From assembly GCA_049683875.1 (NCBI GenBank), contig JBAUJO010000165.1, positions 28 to 64,027 of the forward strand: a stretch of DNA of 64,000 nucleotides, read 5' to 3'. Position 1 is the stretch's first letter. The number at the start of each line of letters is the position of its first letter. Under the pieces are notes generated by a model, which made no database searches, was not told the DNA's origin, and saw only the letters and a list, made by a program, of their open reading frames with translations. Both the position numbers and the translations under genes were made by a program. Below are positions 1 through 11,054 of this stretch, piece by piece. Source of the DNA: Ornithinimicrobium sp. GTDB lineage: Bacteria > Actinomycetota > Actinomycetes > Actinomycetales > Dermatophilaceae.

Positions 1-710
1 CAGGAGAGGGTCGAGGCCGACACCGCGAGGGCAAGACCGCCGGAGAACAGACCGGTCGCGACCCGCCGCGAAGCCAGGTCCAACCGGCCGATCACCAGCC
101 CTGCGCAGATGTAGGCAACCCAGCCCAGCGCGGGGTACAAGCCGGTCACCAACAGGTCCAGCACCACAGCGGCCGGGTGTTGGAAGAGGTCGTGGAACGA
201 GGGATGGCCACCCGCGGAAGCGGGCAGGTAGGGGCGCAGGAGATGACTCAGGACCGGCACCACGATGGCGATCGTCGGGGCGAGGACCGCGAGGACACGG
301 GTGGGAAGGAATGTCAGCGGGATCGCCAGCACGAACAGGGCCGCGTAGAAGACCAGGATGACCGTCGCCGCACTGGTGTCGGTGTACCCCAGGATCAGCC
401 CGATGGCGCCGATGACCAGGGCCCGGGCACCCAGCATCGCAGCGACTCCCCGGCGTTCGACCTTCGATACCCGTCGGCGGCGGGTCATGAGTGCTATGCC
501 GACCCCCGCCAGTACCGCGAACGCCGCGGCGGATCGCCCGGCAGCCAGGGAGTAGTGCCACGTCACCTGGTCCTGGGCGTCATAGGACCAGAGCGCGTGC
601 ACTGCCATCATCCCGATCAGGGCCACCGCGCGCGCCGCGTCGAGGCCGATGAGGCGGCGCGACTTTGTTGGAACGACCGGCGTGGTGTGCAGGGGGTCCG
701 TAGTCGTCAC
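1..710 (-). CDS. DUF418/DUF1624-type polytopic membrane protein (acyltransferase-3/HGSNAT-like), C-terminus cut by window edge
   Basis: Absent from the ORF track because it runs off the window. My own minus-strand translation from GTG (708-710) reads VTTTDPLHTTPVVPTKSRRLIGLDAARAVALIGMMAVHALW..., followed by repeated hydrophobic helices down to position 1. The N-terminal RxxGLDxxR motif is typical of this family. Confidence 0.55.
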   Translation of the reverse strand, partial: MTTTDPLHTTPVVPTKSRRLIGLDAARAVALIGMMAVHALWSYDAQDQVTWHYSLAAGRSAAAFAVLAGVGIALMTRRRRVSKVERRGVAAMLGARALVIGAIGLILGYTDTSAATVILVFYAALFVLAIPLTFLPTRVLAVLAPTIAIVVPVLSHLLRPYLPASAGGHPSFHDLFQHPAAVVLDLLVTGLYPALGWVAYICAGLVIGRLDLASRRVATGLFSGGLALAVSASTLS

Positions 711-822
711 TCAGGCATGGTGACAGGCGTCTATGGTCGACACCTGGGCGCCCCCTCGTCCTGGATCGGACCCCTCACCTGGTGAACCGAGCCAGCAGTG
801 AGCGGCGAACGGAAGCCAGGGG

Positions 823-1434
823 TCAGCGGCTGCTCAGCGCACGAAGGGCCGCGGTCTCGAGCCCAGGGGGATCGCGGAAGACAGCGCGGCGGTAGTAGCG
901 CAGCTCGGCGATGCTGTCCTGGATGTCGCCCAAGGCGCGGTGGCCGCCGGTCTTGGTGGGTGCGTTGTAGTACGCGCGGGGGTACCACCGCCGGGCCAGC
1001 TCCTTGATCGAGGAGACGTCGACGATCCGGTAGTGCAGGTGTTGCTCCAGCTCTGGCATGTCGCGAGCCAGGAAGACCCGGTCGGTGCTGACGGTGTTGC
1101 CGGCCAACGGCGCCTTCTTGGCCTCCGGGACCCACTCGCGCACGTAGGCGAGCACCTGCTCGCTGGCCTTGTCCAGGGTGAGACCCTCGGCCAGCTGGTC
1201 GAGCAACCCACTGGAGACGTGCATCTCCCGCACGAAGTCCCCCATCTGAGTCAGCGCCTCATCCGGAGGGCGGACCACGACCTGCACCCCGTCGCCCAGC
1301 ACGGTGAGGTCCACGTCGGTGACCAAGGCGGCCACCTCGATCAGAGCGTCCACCGAGGTGTCAAGTCCGGTCATCTCACAGTCGATCCAGACGAGACGGT
1401 CCGAAGTGCTCGGAGCCGGATTTTCGGTGCTCAT
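823..1434 (-). CDS. orn: oligoribonuclease (DEDDh 3'-5' exoribonuclease)
   Basis: ORF 823..1464. The blocks LVWIDCEMTGLD, GNTVSTDRVFL, HYRIVDVSSIKEL and HRALGDI match the Orn Exo motifs. Start trimmed to ATG 1434 (MSTENP). Confidence 0.9.
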   Translation of the reverse strand: MSTENPAPSTSDRLVWIDCEMTGLDTSVDALIEVAALVTDVDLTVLGDGVQVVVRPPDEALTQMGDFVREMHVSSGLLDQLAEGLTLDKASEQVLAYVREWVPEAKKAPLAGNTVSTDRVFLARDMPELEQHLHYRIVDVSSIKELARRWYPRAYYNAPTKTGGHRALGDIQDSIAELRYYRRAVFRDPPGLETAALRALSSR

Positions 1435-1487
1435 ACGCGCAGAGTAACCACCGCCGCTGAGCATATTCCGGCCTATAGTCTGCCCCC

Positions 1488-2630
1488 ATGGACCCGGATT
1501 CGCGAGGGGCGGTGGGGCCCAACGAGACTCGCCGTCCGCTGGTCCGTCTCCTTTTTCTCTGGGGTTTGTGCGGGACGGTCTTTCTGCTCGCCGCGCTGGT
1601 GCTGGTCGTGGTGCTGACCGAGAGCGTGGGCGTGGCCGGGTTCCTGCTCGGCGCCGTCATCTCCACGACCGCCATCGGCATCGTGGTCCCCGTCTTCCTG
1701 TGGGTCGACCGCCTCGAGGCCGAGCCACCCGCGCTGCTGTGGTTCGCGTTCGGCTGGGGTGCTCTGGTCGCCACCACAGCGAGCCTCGTCGCGAGCCCTG
1801 TCGCGGTGCAGCTGCTCGCCTCCTGGGGCCTCGACCGCCAGTTCGCGGCAGCGGTCGTCGTGGCGCCAGTTGTAGAGGAGCTCGCCAAGGCTCTCGGCGT
1901 GCTCGCCGTCTTCTTCGCCGCGCCTCGCGAGTTCAACGGGGTCGTCGACGGCATCACCTACGCGGGTCTGGTGGCGATCGGTTTCGCTTTCGTCGAAGAC
2001 GTCCTGTACCTGGGTCGGGGCTATGAGCTGCTTGGCCAGGCAGGGCTGTGGCCGCTGTTCGTCCTGCGATGCCTGTTCACCCCTTTCGCCCACCCGATGT
2101 TCACGGTCTGCTTCGGCCTCGCGCTCGGGCTCATCGCGCAGCGGCGCCGGATCAGGTACGCCGTGGTGCCCGTGGCCGGCTACCTGCTCGCGGTGGCGGG
2201 TCACGCCCTGTGGAACAGCGCCGCGGGCAGCCAGTCGTGGCTGGTCGTCTACACGGTCGTGCAGGTGCCCCTGTTCGCCGGTTTCGTCGCGGTGATCGTC
2301 TGGGCCCGACGGCGCGAGGCGCGCACCCTGCAGGAGCACCTGACCGCATACGGGCTGAACGGGTGGTTCACCCCGGCCGAGGTCTCCATGCTCACCTCGC
2401 CGTCTCAGCGTCGACGGGCCCGGCGATGGGCCCGGGCACACTACGGCGAGCGCGGCGAGACGGCGATGCGTGCCTTCCAGGACGAGTCCGCGGAGCTGGC
2501 CATCGCACGTGACCACCTCGAGCGCGGCGACAGCCCCGAGTGGTGGGCCGAGCGTGAGAGCCGGCTGCTCGCGGTGGCGAATTACCACCGCGCGGTGCTG
2601 ACCTCGCTGCCGCCCTCGGGTGGCGCCTAA
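1488..2630 (+). CDS. PrsW-family intramembrane metalloprotease
   Basis: ORF 1488..2630 (380 aa) with multiple TM helices. Carries the PrsW-type motifs [10 protein letters not shown] (EExxK), FTPFAHPMF and AGHALWNS, plus a soluble C-terminal tail. Confidence 0.8.
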   Translation: MDPDSRGAVGPNETRRPLVRLLFLWGLCGTVFLLAALVLVVVLTESVGVAGFLLGAVISTTAIGIVVPVFLWVDRLEAEPPALLWFAFGWGALVATTASLVASPVAVQLLASWGLDRQFAAAVVVAPVVEELAKALGVLAVFFAAPREFNGVVDGITYAGLVAIGFAFVEDVLYLGRGYELLGQAGLWPLFVLRCLFTPFAHPMFTVCFGLALGLIAQRRRIRYAVVPVAGYLLAVAGHALWNSAAGSQSWLVVYTVVQVPLFAGFVAVIVWARRREARTLQEHLTAYGLNGWFTPAEVSMLTSPSQRRRARRWARAHYGERGETAMRAFQDESAELAIARDHLERGDSPEWWAERESRLLAVANYHRAVLTSLPPSGGA

Positions 2631-3751
2631 CGCGTCGTGTCGGCGTGCGCCAGCAACGCCTGCGACTCGCTGAGGAAACGCTGGGCGTAGGAGCCGAACC
2701 AGTCGCCGATCGTCGTGAACTCCCGGATGAACTCCTCGCGGTCACCGCGGCGCAGCAGCTCTAGGGCCTGCCCGAACCTGCGGTGGTACCGCTCGATGAG
2801 CTCCAGGCTGGCCTGCGAGGCCGTAATGATGTCGAAGTACAGGTCGGGACTCTGCGCGAACAGGCGACCGACCATCACTAGCTCCAGCCGGTAGATCGGC
2901 GAGGACAGCGCCAGCAGGTCGGCCAGCTTGCGGTCCTCGTGTGCCAGGTGGGAGCCGTAGGCGAAGGTCGAGAAGTGTCGCAGGGCCTGGATCAGCGCCA
3001 TCGCCGCGTCGTGGTCCTCCGCGCTGACCTCGTGCACTCGCGCACCCCAGAGACGGATCTGTTCCACCAGCCACCGTGACGCCTCGGCGTCGCGACCCGG
3101 ACAGCACGCGACGACCTGCTTGGCGAAGGAGTCCACATCGGGCCCGAACATCGGGTGCAGACCGAGCACCGGGCCCGGGTGGGCGCGCAGCATGGCCTCC
3201 ATCGGTGCAGTCTTGACTGAGGTCAGGTCGACCAGCAGACAGTCCGGCGGCAACGGCGGCAGGTCGTCGATGACCGGAACCGTGTCATGGATCGGCACGG
3301 CGACCACGACGAGACCGGCGCCGTCGAGCAGCTCCTCGGAGCGGCCGGCCTGCTCGAGGTCGAGCACGCGCACCTCGTAGCCGGACAGGCTCAGCATCCG
3401 GGCCCACATAGCTCCCATGCCCGCGGCGCCGCCGACGACGACCGCCGGCCCGAGGTCCGGAGCCTGCTGCGTGAAGCCCATGTTCTTCTCGTGCGCGTAG
3501 GCCTCACGCATACACCTTCGGAGGATGTCCTCGATGAGGTCACCCGGTACGCCGCGCGCCTCGGCCTGGGCCCGCCGCGCTTCGATCATCACGCGTTCAC
3601 GTTCGGGGGCGTAGATGGGCAACCCGTGGCGTCCCTTGACCTCACCCACCTGACCCACCAGCTCCAGCCGTCGCGACAACAGGTCCAACACGGCCTGGTC
3701 GACGTCGTCGATCTGCGCGCGCAGGGGGGCCAGCTCGGACTCCGGTTCCAT
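2627..3751 (-). CDS. tyrA: bifunctional chorismate mutase / prephenate dehydrogenase (T-protein)
   Basis: ORF 2627..3751 (374 aa). N-terminal AroQ chorismate-mutase helix ([23 protein letters not shown]), then a PDH domain with [36 protein letters not shown] and [19 protein letters not shown]. Architecture and length match the E. coli T-protein. Confidence 0.9.
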   Translation of the reverse strand: MEPESELAPLRAQIDDVDQAVLDLLSRRLELVGQVGEVKGRHGLPIYAPERERVMIEARRAQAEARGVPGDLIEDILRRCMREAYAHEKNMGFTQQAPDLGPAVVVGGAAGMGAMWARMLSLSGYEVRVLDLEQAGRSEELLDGAGLVVVAVPIHDTVPVIDDLPPLPPDCLLVDLTSVKTAPMEAMLRAHPGPVLGLHPMFGPDVDSFAKQVVACCPGRDAEASRWLVEQIRLWGARVHEVSAEDHDAAMALIQALRHFSTFAYGSHLAHEDRKLADLLALSSPIYRLELVMVGRLFAQSPDLYFDIITASQASLELIERYHRRFGQALELLRRGDREEFIREFTTIGDWFGSYAQRFLSESQALLAHADTTR

Positions 3752-3804
3752 GACCGCAGATCGTATCGGCGCCTAGACTGACCGACGTCCGCCGCGACCC
3801 GTCC

Positions 3805-3877
<73 letters not shown>

Positions 3878-3964
3878 CTTGCGCCGCCACCCATGAAGGG
3901 CCGGCTCCCCAAGAACGTAGGGTGCGGCGCCCCCGGGCATGGCTCCGCCTGTTGCCCCGTGACC

Positions 3965-5014
3965 TCACCGCCCGCCGCTTGACGCGGTAGCCAACCGGGT
4001 GCCCGCCGAATCGGGGCTTCGGTGGCGCAAGTGGGGGAGGGTCCACCGCTCCGGCAGCGCGAGGAGGGCCACCCCGAGCCCTGCCCACAGGGCCAGGGCT
4101 AGCCACGGGGCCGCGGTGGCGGCGCCGTCGAACCCGGAGACCCCCCGCAACAGGTCGACGGTGGATCCCAGTGGCATCCAGTGGCCGATCTGACCCCATG
4201 GAGTGGGGAGCAGCTCGGGGGCGGAGCTGGCCGCCGAGAAGGGGTTGCCGAGAAGGATGAGCATGAGGTCGCCCGCGATGAGACCCCCACGCCCTAGTGC
4301 GGCGTTGAGCCCGGTCAGCGTCAGGCCGATAGCCCCCACTCCGGCGCTGACGACAGCGATCTCGAGCCACACCGGCCCGGTCAGAGCCTCGTAGCCACCG
4401 TGCAGGACCGTCACGATCGTCGTGCCCATGAGCAGGGCAAGCCCGGCGACCGATCCGAGCTGTCGCCGCCGGCCGGACACTAGGAAGGCGACGAGGCTTC
4501 CAGTCAGAATTCCGCCGATGGTGATCGGTAGAGCACCGGATGCCAGCCCCGCGCCACGTGGGTCCTCGGCTGGGGCCGGGGCCACGTCGGTCACATGACC
4601 GACGTCCAAGCCGGCGCCAAGGTCGGTCAGTAGCGTGGAGACTGCCGGGGACGCGGCCGAGGCCACGAGGATCTCCCTGACCTGCGGCCCCTGGGTGACC
4701 AGGGCGCCGTAGGCTTCCCGCTCTTGGATCAAGGCCGCGGCATCGCTACGGTCCATGACCGCCGTCACCTCGAAGCCGCCCGGGATCTGACGGTCGAGCT
4801 CATCTGCCACGGGTCCCGCAGCCCTTTCGCCGCCCGTCACGGCAATGGGCAGATCCCGGGGGGCACTCTGGGTCGCGGCACCGGTAAACGCGATGACCAG
4901 GAGCGCCACCACGCTGACCGCTGCGACGACGATCGCTATCACGGGTAGGGACCGGCGACGGCCGGCGGGGGAGGACGCTGGTGACCGCCAAGACTGAAAG
5001 GAATGTTCATTCAT
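3965..5014 (-). CDS. ABC-2 / YhgE-Pip-type integral membrane protein (orphan permease-like)
   Basis: ORF 3965..5014 (349 aa). It has an N-terminal TM helix, a soluble domain of about 130 aa, then about 5 TM helices, which is the topology of ABC-2-type permeases. No ATPase gene is adjacent. It is divergent from a TetR gene. Confidence 0.5.
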   Translation of the reverse strand: MNEHSFQSWRSPASSPAGRRRSLPVIAIVVAAVSVVALLVIAFTGAATQSAPRDLPIAVTGGERAAGPVADELDRQIPGGFEVTAVMDRSDAAALIQEREAYGALVTQGPQVREILVASAASPAVSTLLTDLGAGLDVGHVTDVAPAPAEDPRGAGLASGALPITIGGILTGSLVAFLVSGRRRQLGSVAGLALLMGTTIVTVLHGGYEALTGPVWLEIAVVSAGVGAIGLTLTGLNAALGRGGLIAGDLMLILLGNPFSAASSAPELLPTPWGQIGHWMPLGSTVDLLRGVSGFDGAATAAPWLALALWAGLGVALLALPERWTLPHLRHRSPDSAGTRLATASSGGR

Positions 5015-5067
5015 AGTGCTTCAGTGCAACACCGTCGAGTCGTGTTGTCAACAACGAATGTTCATTC
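5001..5067. promoter_or_regulatory. two copies of the palindrome GAATGTTCATTC (5001-5012 and 5056-5067), a putative TetR operator pair
   Basis: Read directly from the sequence. Copy 1 overlaps the ATG of the membrane-protein gene. Copy 2 (extended CGAATGTTCATTCG) lies 5 nt upstream of the TetR ATG at 5073. Confidence 0.5.
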
Positions 5068-5072
5068 GTAAG

Positions 5073-5708
5073 ATGGGCGCCATGACGGAAGCCGTAGAGG
5101 TAGCGAGAAATGCAGGACGACAGCCCGGCGACAAGCGCGAGGTGATCGTGGCCGCCGCGCTCCGTTGCTTCGATCGCGAGGGGTTCCACCGAGCGAGCAT
5201 GTCGATGGTGATCGAGGAGGCCGGGGTATCGGCCGGCACCGTCTATCGGTACTTCAGCTCCAAGACCGACTTGATCCGGGCCTGCGCTGAGGAGGTCCTC
5301 AGCGAGGTGCACACGACGTTGGGCGACATGGTGGTGGCCCAGGGCACGCCCGACGTGCAGACCATTGTGACCTCGTTCCTCCGGTCCGCTTTGGATGCAG
5401 GGAGCCGTCACGGGGCCGACCTGACGCGGGTCGGGGTGAGCGTCTGGGCGGAATGCCTGCGCGACCCAGTCCTCTGTGCCCATGTGCGTTCGTTGTACCT
5501 CGAGCTGAGAGGGGGCATGGTCCAGATCGCCCGCCGTTGGCAGGACGAAGGTCTGCTGGCCGACACCGACCCCGAGCATGTCGCGCAAGCGCTCTTCGGG
5601 GCCATGCCAGGCTTCGTCGTGCAACACCTGGTCTTGGGTGACGTGGACCCTGGCGGGTACGCGGCTGGCCTTGAGGCTCTGGGGGCCGTGGCACGGGGGT
5701 CAGACTGA
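5073..5708 (+). CDS. TetR/AcrR-family transcriptional regulator
   Basis: ORF 5016..5708. The HTH block IVAAALRCFDREGFHRASMSMVIEEAGVSAGTVYRYFSSKTDL is classic TetR_N. Start trimmed to ATG 5073 (alternative ATG 5082). Confidence 0.85.
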   Translation: MGAMTEAVEVARNAGRQPGDKREVIVAAALRCFDREGFHRASMSMVIEEAGVSAGTVYRYFSSKTDLIRACAEEVLSEVHTTLGDMVVAQGTPDVQTIVTSFLRSALDAGSRHGADLTRVGVSVWAECLRDPVLCAHVRSLYLELRGGMVQIARRWQDEGLLADTDPEHVAQALFGAMPGFVVQHLVLGDVDPGGYAAGLEALGAVARGSD

Positions 5709-5813
5709 GGCGCATGGTGCTCGGACAGGTCTCTGGCGAGGGGAAGGCCGTGACCGAGCGCCCGAGGCGGCGCGGCGGTTCGTCTTGGTCGGCGCCCCTC
5801 CACCCCCCAGACT

Positions 5814-7532
5814 GTGATCGTGAACCCCCCGGACGGTGACTCCGACGTCAGGCTGCTGGCGGCGGTGGAGCACCTACGTCGTGCCGCGGCGCAGCTTCGG
5901 TTGCCTTTGCAGCTTCCCGACGCCGAACCCGCACGCTCATCTCGCCGGGCCCTGGTGCTCCAGCTGGATGACTACGTGCTACCGCGGCTGCGCTCTCTGG
6001 ACGCCCCGCTGCTCTGCGTGGTCGGTGGCTCGACCGGGGCGGGCAAGTCGACCTTGGTGAACTCCGTCCTCGGTGAGAACGTGAGCCGGGCCGGGGTGTT
6101 GCGTCCGACGACGTTGTCATCGGTGCTGGTGCACCATCCTGATGACCGGCGCTGGTTCGCCGACACCCGCGTGCTGCCGGGGCTGGCGCGGCTCACGGGT
6201 GCGGCCATGGACCGGAACGACCCCTCGTCGGTGCGGCTGGTGGCCTCCGCCGTGCTCACCCCAGGGCTGGCCTTGCTCGACGCCCCCGACATCGACTCGG
6301 TGGTACAAGCCAACCGTGACCTGTCCAGGCAGCTCCTGGCCGCGGCGGACCTGTGGCTGTTCGTCACCACGGCGGCGCGGTATGCCGACGCCGTCCCCTG
6401 GGACCTGCTGCGTGAGGCTGCCGAGCGCGGAACGTCGGTGGCCATCGTGCTCAACCGTGTGCCCCCGGAAGCGATGGAGGAGATCCGGCTGCACCTGTCG
6501 CAGATGCTGCGCGACCAGGGTCTGGGCAAGTCGCCGATCTTCACGGTCGCCGAGGTCCCCCTGACCGAGGAGGCCGCGATTCCGGCCAAGAACGTGGGCC
6601 GGCTGACTGGATGGCTGCACTCGGTGGCTGGCGACGCCAAGGCCCGCTCCGTGGTGATCCGGCGCACACTCGCGGGGGCGTTGTCCTCGCTGAGCAGTCG
6701 AGCGGCCGAGCTGAACGCGGCTGCCGACGCTCAGGTCCTTGCGCGGGACCACCTGCGAGCCACCGCCCGGGCGGCCTACGACGACGCGGTGTCCGGTGTC
6801 AACGACGGGATGGAGGACGGGTCCCTGCTGCGCGGTGAGGTGCTGGCGCGATGGCAGGAGCTGGTGGGCACCGGGGAGTTCCTGCGCCAGGTCGAGGCCG
6901 GCATCTCGCGCGCTCGCGACCGTCTCACCGCCTGGGTGACCGGAAAGCCCGTCTCGACCGAGCACCTCGGCGATGCGCTGCAGTCGGGCGCCGCCGCGCT
7001 GATCACCGGCCAGACGCAGCTGGGCGCGAGCACCGCATCGCGTGCCTGGCGGACCAGCCCAGGAGGGGACCCCCTGGTGATGGAGCACCCCGAGCTGGCC
7101 CAACCCTCCACGGACCTGCCGGAGCGGGTCGAACGCCTGCTGCGCGACTGGCAGAAGGAGGTGCTCGACCTGGTCCGCGACCAGGCGGGGCGACGACGAG
7201 CCACCGCGCGCTACTTGGCCTTCGGGGTGAACGGACTGGCAGTGATGTTGATGCTCATCGCGTTCAGTGCCACGGCGGGGCTGACCGGCGCCGAGGTGGC
7301 GATCGCCGGTGGCTCCGCGGTGCTGGCTCAACGGCTGCTCGAGGCGGTCTTCGGTGACGAGGCGGTCAGAGCGATGGCGCGCAAGGCCAGGGCGGCTCTC
7401 ATGGTGCGCGTCGAGGAGCTCATGGCCCAGGAGCGGGCACGCTATGACCGGGTGCTGGACGAGGTGCCCCTGTCGCGCACCGCGATCGAGGATGTCGCAG
7501 CGGCCTGCGCCGAGGTGGAGGCGAGCCGGTGA
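5814..7532 (+). CDS. large P-loop GTPase, dynamin-like/HSR1-type, with C-terminal hydrophobic hairpin
   Basis: ORF 5814..7532 (572 aa). G1 is GGSTGAGKST (nt 6024-6053), followed by RPTT, LLDAPDIDS and LNRV. It has a long helical C-terminal half and a hydrophobic stretch, GVNGLAVMLMLIAFSATAGLTGAEVAIAGG. Confidence 0.7.
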   Translation: MIVNPPDGDSDVRLLAAVEHLRRAAAQLRLPLQLPDAEPARSSRRALVLQLDDYVLPRLRSLDAPLLCVVGGSTGAGKSTLVNSVLGENVSRAGVLRPTTLSSVLVHHPDDRRWFADTRVLPGLARLTGAAMDRNDPSSVRLVASAVLTPGLALLDAPDIDSVVQANRDLSRQLLAAADLWLFVTTAARYADAVPWDLLREAAERGTSVAIVLNRVPPEAMEEIRLHLSQMLRDQGLGKSPIFTVAEVPLTEEAAIPAKNVGRLTGWLHSVAGDAKARSVVIRRTLAGALSSLSSRAAELNAAADAQVLARDHLRATARAAYDDAVSGVNDGMEDGSLLRGEVLARWQELVGTGEFLRQVEAGISRARDRLTAWVTGKPVSTEHLGDALQSGAAALITGQTQLGASTASRAWRTSPGGDPLVMEHPELAQPSTDLPERVERLLRDWQKEVLDLVRDQAGRRRATARYLAFGVNGLAVMLMLIAFSATAGLTGAEVAIAGGSAVLAQRLLEAVFGDEAVRAMARKARAALMVRVEELMAQERARYDRVLDEVPLSRTAIEDVAAACAEVEASR

Positions 7533-9220
7533 CGCCTCGCGGGGCGAAGGCAGGCGGGCAGCAGGGGGGTCACTCCCTCCTCTGGCGTTCCGACCAGCTC
7601 GCCGAGGCGCTCGAGGCGGGCGGGGACGAGCTGGACCCCGACACGGTGCGGCAGGCGCACGGGCTGAACGAGCGCGTACGGGCCCGGTGGGAGCTCAAGG
7701 GTGGCCGAACGGTCGTGTGCTTGGCCGGCGCGACCGGGTCGGGTAAGTCCAGCCTGTTCAACCGGCTCGCCGACGCCGAGGTCTCCACCGTCGGGGCCCG
7801 ACGGCCCACGACGTCCACAGCCTCGGCGGCCATCTGGGGCCAGGAGCCCAGCCACGAGCTGCTGGACTGGCTCGGTGTGCCCCACCGGCACGAGGTGGGC
7901 GGCAATGCCGAGACGGCCTCGACGCGCGCCGGCCGGTCGGAGGATGCGGTGGATCTGGACGGGCTCGTCCTCATCGACCTTCCCGACTTCGACTCCCGCG
8001 AGGCGTCCCACCGGGTCGAGGCGGATCGCATTTTGCAACGCTCCGACGTCTTCGTCTGGGTCACGGACCCGCAGAAGTACGCCGACGCGCGCCTGCACGA
8101 GGAGTACCTGTCCACGCTGCGAGACCACGACGGCGTGATGATCGTGGTGCTGAACCAGGTGGACCGCGTCGGTGAGTCGGCGGTGCAGCAGATCGCTGAC
8201 GACCTGCGCTCGTTGGTCAAGACCGACGGGGCGGGCGACTTCGAGGTCATCCCCACCTCGGCTCGACTGGGCGTTGGACTGCCGGAGCTGACGCGGCGGA
8301 TCGCCGAGGTGGTCACTGCTCGCAACGCCGCCGAGCAGCGGCTGTCGGGGGACATCGTGGCGATGGTCCGTCGGCTCAGGTCAGGCGTGGCCGACACTGA
8401 CCCCCAGGTGGACGACGACACATCTGCCGAGCTGAACGCGGCCCTAGCCCGCGCGGCCGGGGTCCCGGTGGTGCTGCGCGCCGTGCGGCAGGACTACCTG
8501 CGTCAGAGCGCCGCACGCGCTGGCTGGCCGTTCACTCGCTGGGTCGCCGGCCTCCGGCCGGACCCCTTGCGCCGACTTCGGCTCGGCAAGCCTGCGACGA
8601 AGCCGGGATCGGTGATCGCCTCCGAGGACGTGCAGGCCGTGCTCGGTCGCTCGTCGCTTCCTCCAGCGACCCCCGCCGCACGCTCGGCGGTGGACGTGGC
8701 CACCCGCGCGCTCGCCGACCGGGCTGGACGCGACCTTCCCCGGCGGTGGGCGGACGCGGTGGACGACGCCGCAACCCCGGATGACTCGTCCCTGGGGGAC
8801 GCTTTGGACCAAGCAGTCATGAATACCCCGCTCCGGGACAAGAACCCGTTGTGGTGGCCGGTCTGGAGCTTTCTGCAGCTACTCCTGGCGCTGGCGGTCA
8901 TCGTGGGCGCCGGCTGGCTGACCCTGCTTTTCGCGCTGCAGTGGGCTCAGATCGAGATGGACGCCCCGATGTGGGGCCCGGTCCCGATCCCGATCCCGTT
9001 GCTCCTGTTCGCGGGGGGCATCGTGGCGGGTCTGGTGCTGGCCGGGCTCGGGCGTGTGGTGGCCCGCTCGGGCGCGACCCGCCGACAGGCCTCGGTGCGC
9101 AGACGGATGGACACGGCCATCGCCACGGTTGCCGCCGAGCACGTGCGCGGCCCGGTCTCAGCGGTGCTCAAGCGTCATCGGCAGACTCGCCAGCAGCTCG
9201 ACGCGGCAGGGTCAACCTAG
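7529..9220 (+). CDS. large P-loop GTPase, dynamin-like/HSR1-type, with two C-terminal TM helices
   Basis: ORF 7529..9220 (563 aa). The GTG start overlaps the upstream stop (GTGA at 7529-7532). G1 is GATGSGKSS, followed by RRPTT, LIDLPDFDS and LNQVD. TM helices are WWPVWSFLQLLLALAVIVGAGWLTLLFAL and IPLLLFAGGIVAGLVLAGLG. Confidence 0.7.
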   Translation: MTPRGAKAGGQQGGHSLLWRSDQLAEALEAGGDELDPDTVRQAHGLNERVRARWELKGGRTVVCLAGATGSGKSSLFNRLADAEVSTVGARRPTTSTASAAIWGQEPSHELLDWLGVPHRHEVGGNAETASTRAGRSEDAVDLDGLVLIDLPDFDSREASHRVEADRILQRSDVFVWVTDPQKYADARLHEEYLSTLRDHDGVMIVVLNQVDRVGESAVQQIADDLRSLVKTDGAGDFEVIPTSARLGVGLPELTRRIAEVVTARNAAEQRLSGDIVAMVRRLRSGVADTDPQVDDDTSAELNAALARAAGVPVVLRAVRQDYLRQSAARAGWPFTRWVAGLRPDPLRRLRLGKPATKPGSVIASEDVQAVLGRSSLPPATPAARSAVDVATRALADRAGRDLPRRWADAVDDAATPDDSSLGDALDQAVMNTPLRDKNPLWWPVWSFLQLLLALAVIVGAGWLTLLFALQWAQIEMDAPMWGPVPIPIPLLLFAGGIVAGLVLAGLGRVVARSGATRRQASVRRRMDTAIATVAAEHVRGPVSAVLKRHRQTRQQLDAAGST

Positions 9221-9301
9221 CCGGCGGCCCGGTCGCTCACCCTCGGCCTGCTCGGGGGACGACGATTCGGACGGCTCCCCGTCGGCCGTTAGCCTGGAAG
9301 C

Positions 9302-10984
<1,683 letters not shown>

Positions 10985-11001
10985 GCGGTCTCGGCCTCGT
11001 T

Positions 11002-11029
11002 GGGTCGATGCCGTCGGGTCGATGCTGTC
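11002..11029. repeat. 14-bp tandem duplication GGGTCGATGC(C/T)GTC x2 just downstream of ettA
   Basis: Read directly: 11002-11015 and 11016-11029 are identical at 13 of 14 positions. It is followed by a small GTGCC-AGGC-GGCAC hairpin. Confidence 0.8.
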
Positions 11030-11054
11030 GGTGCCAGGCGGCACACTGTCGGTC

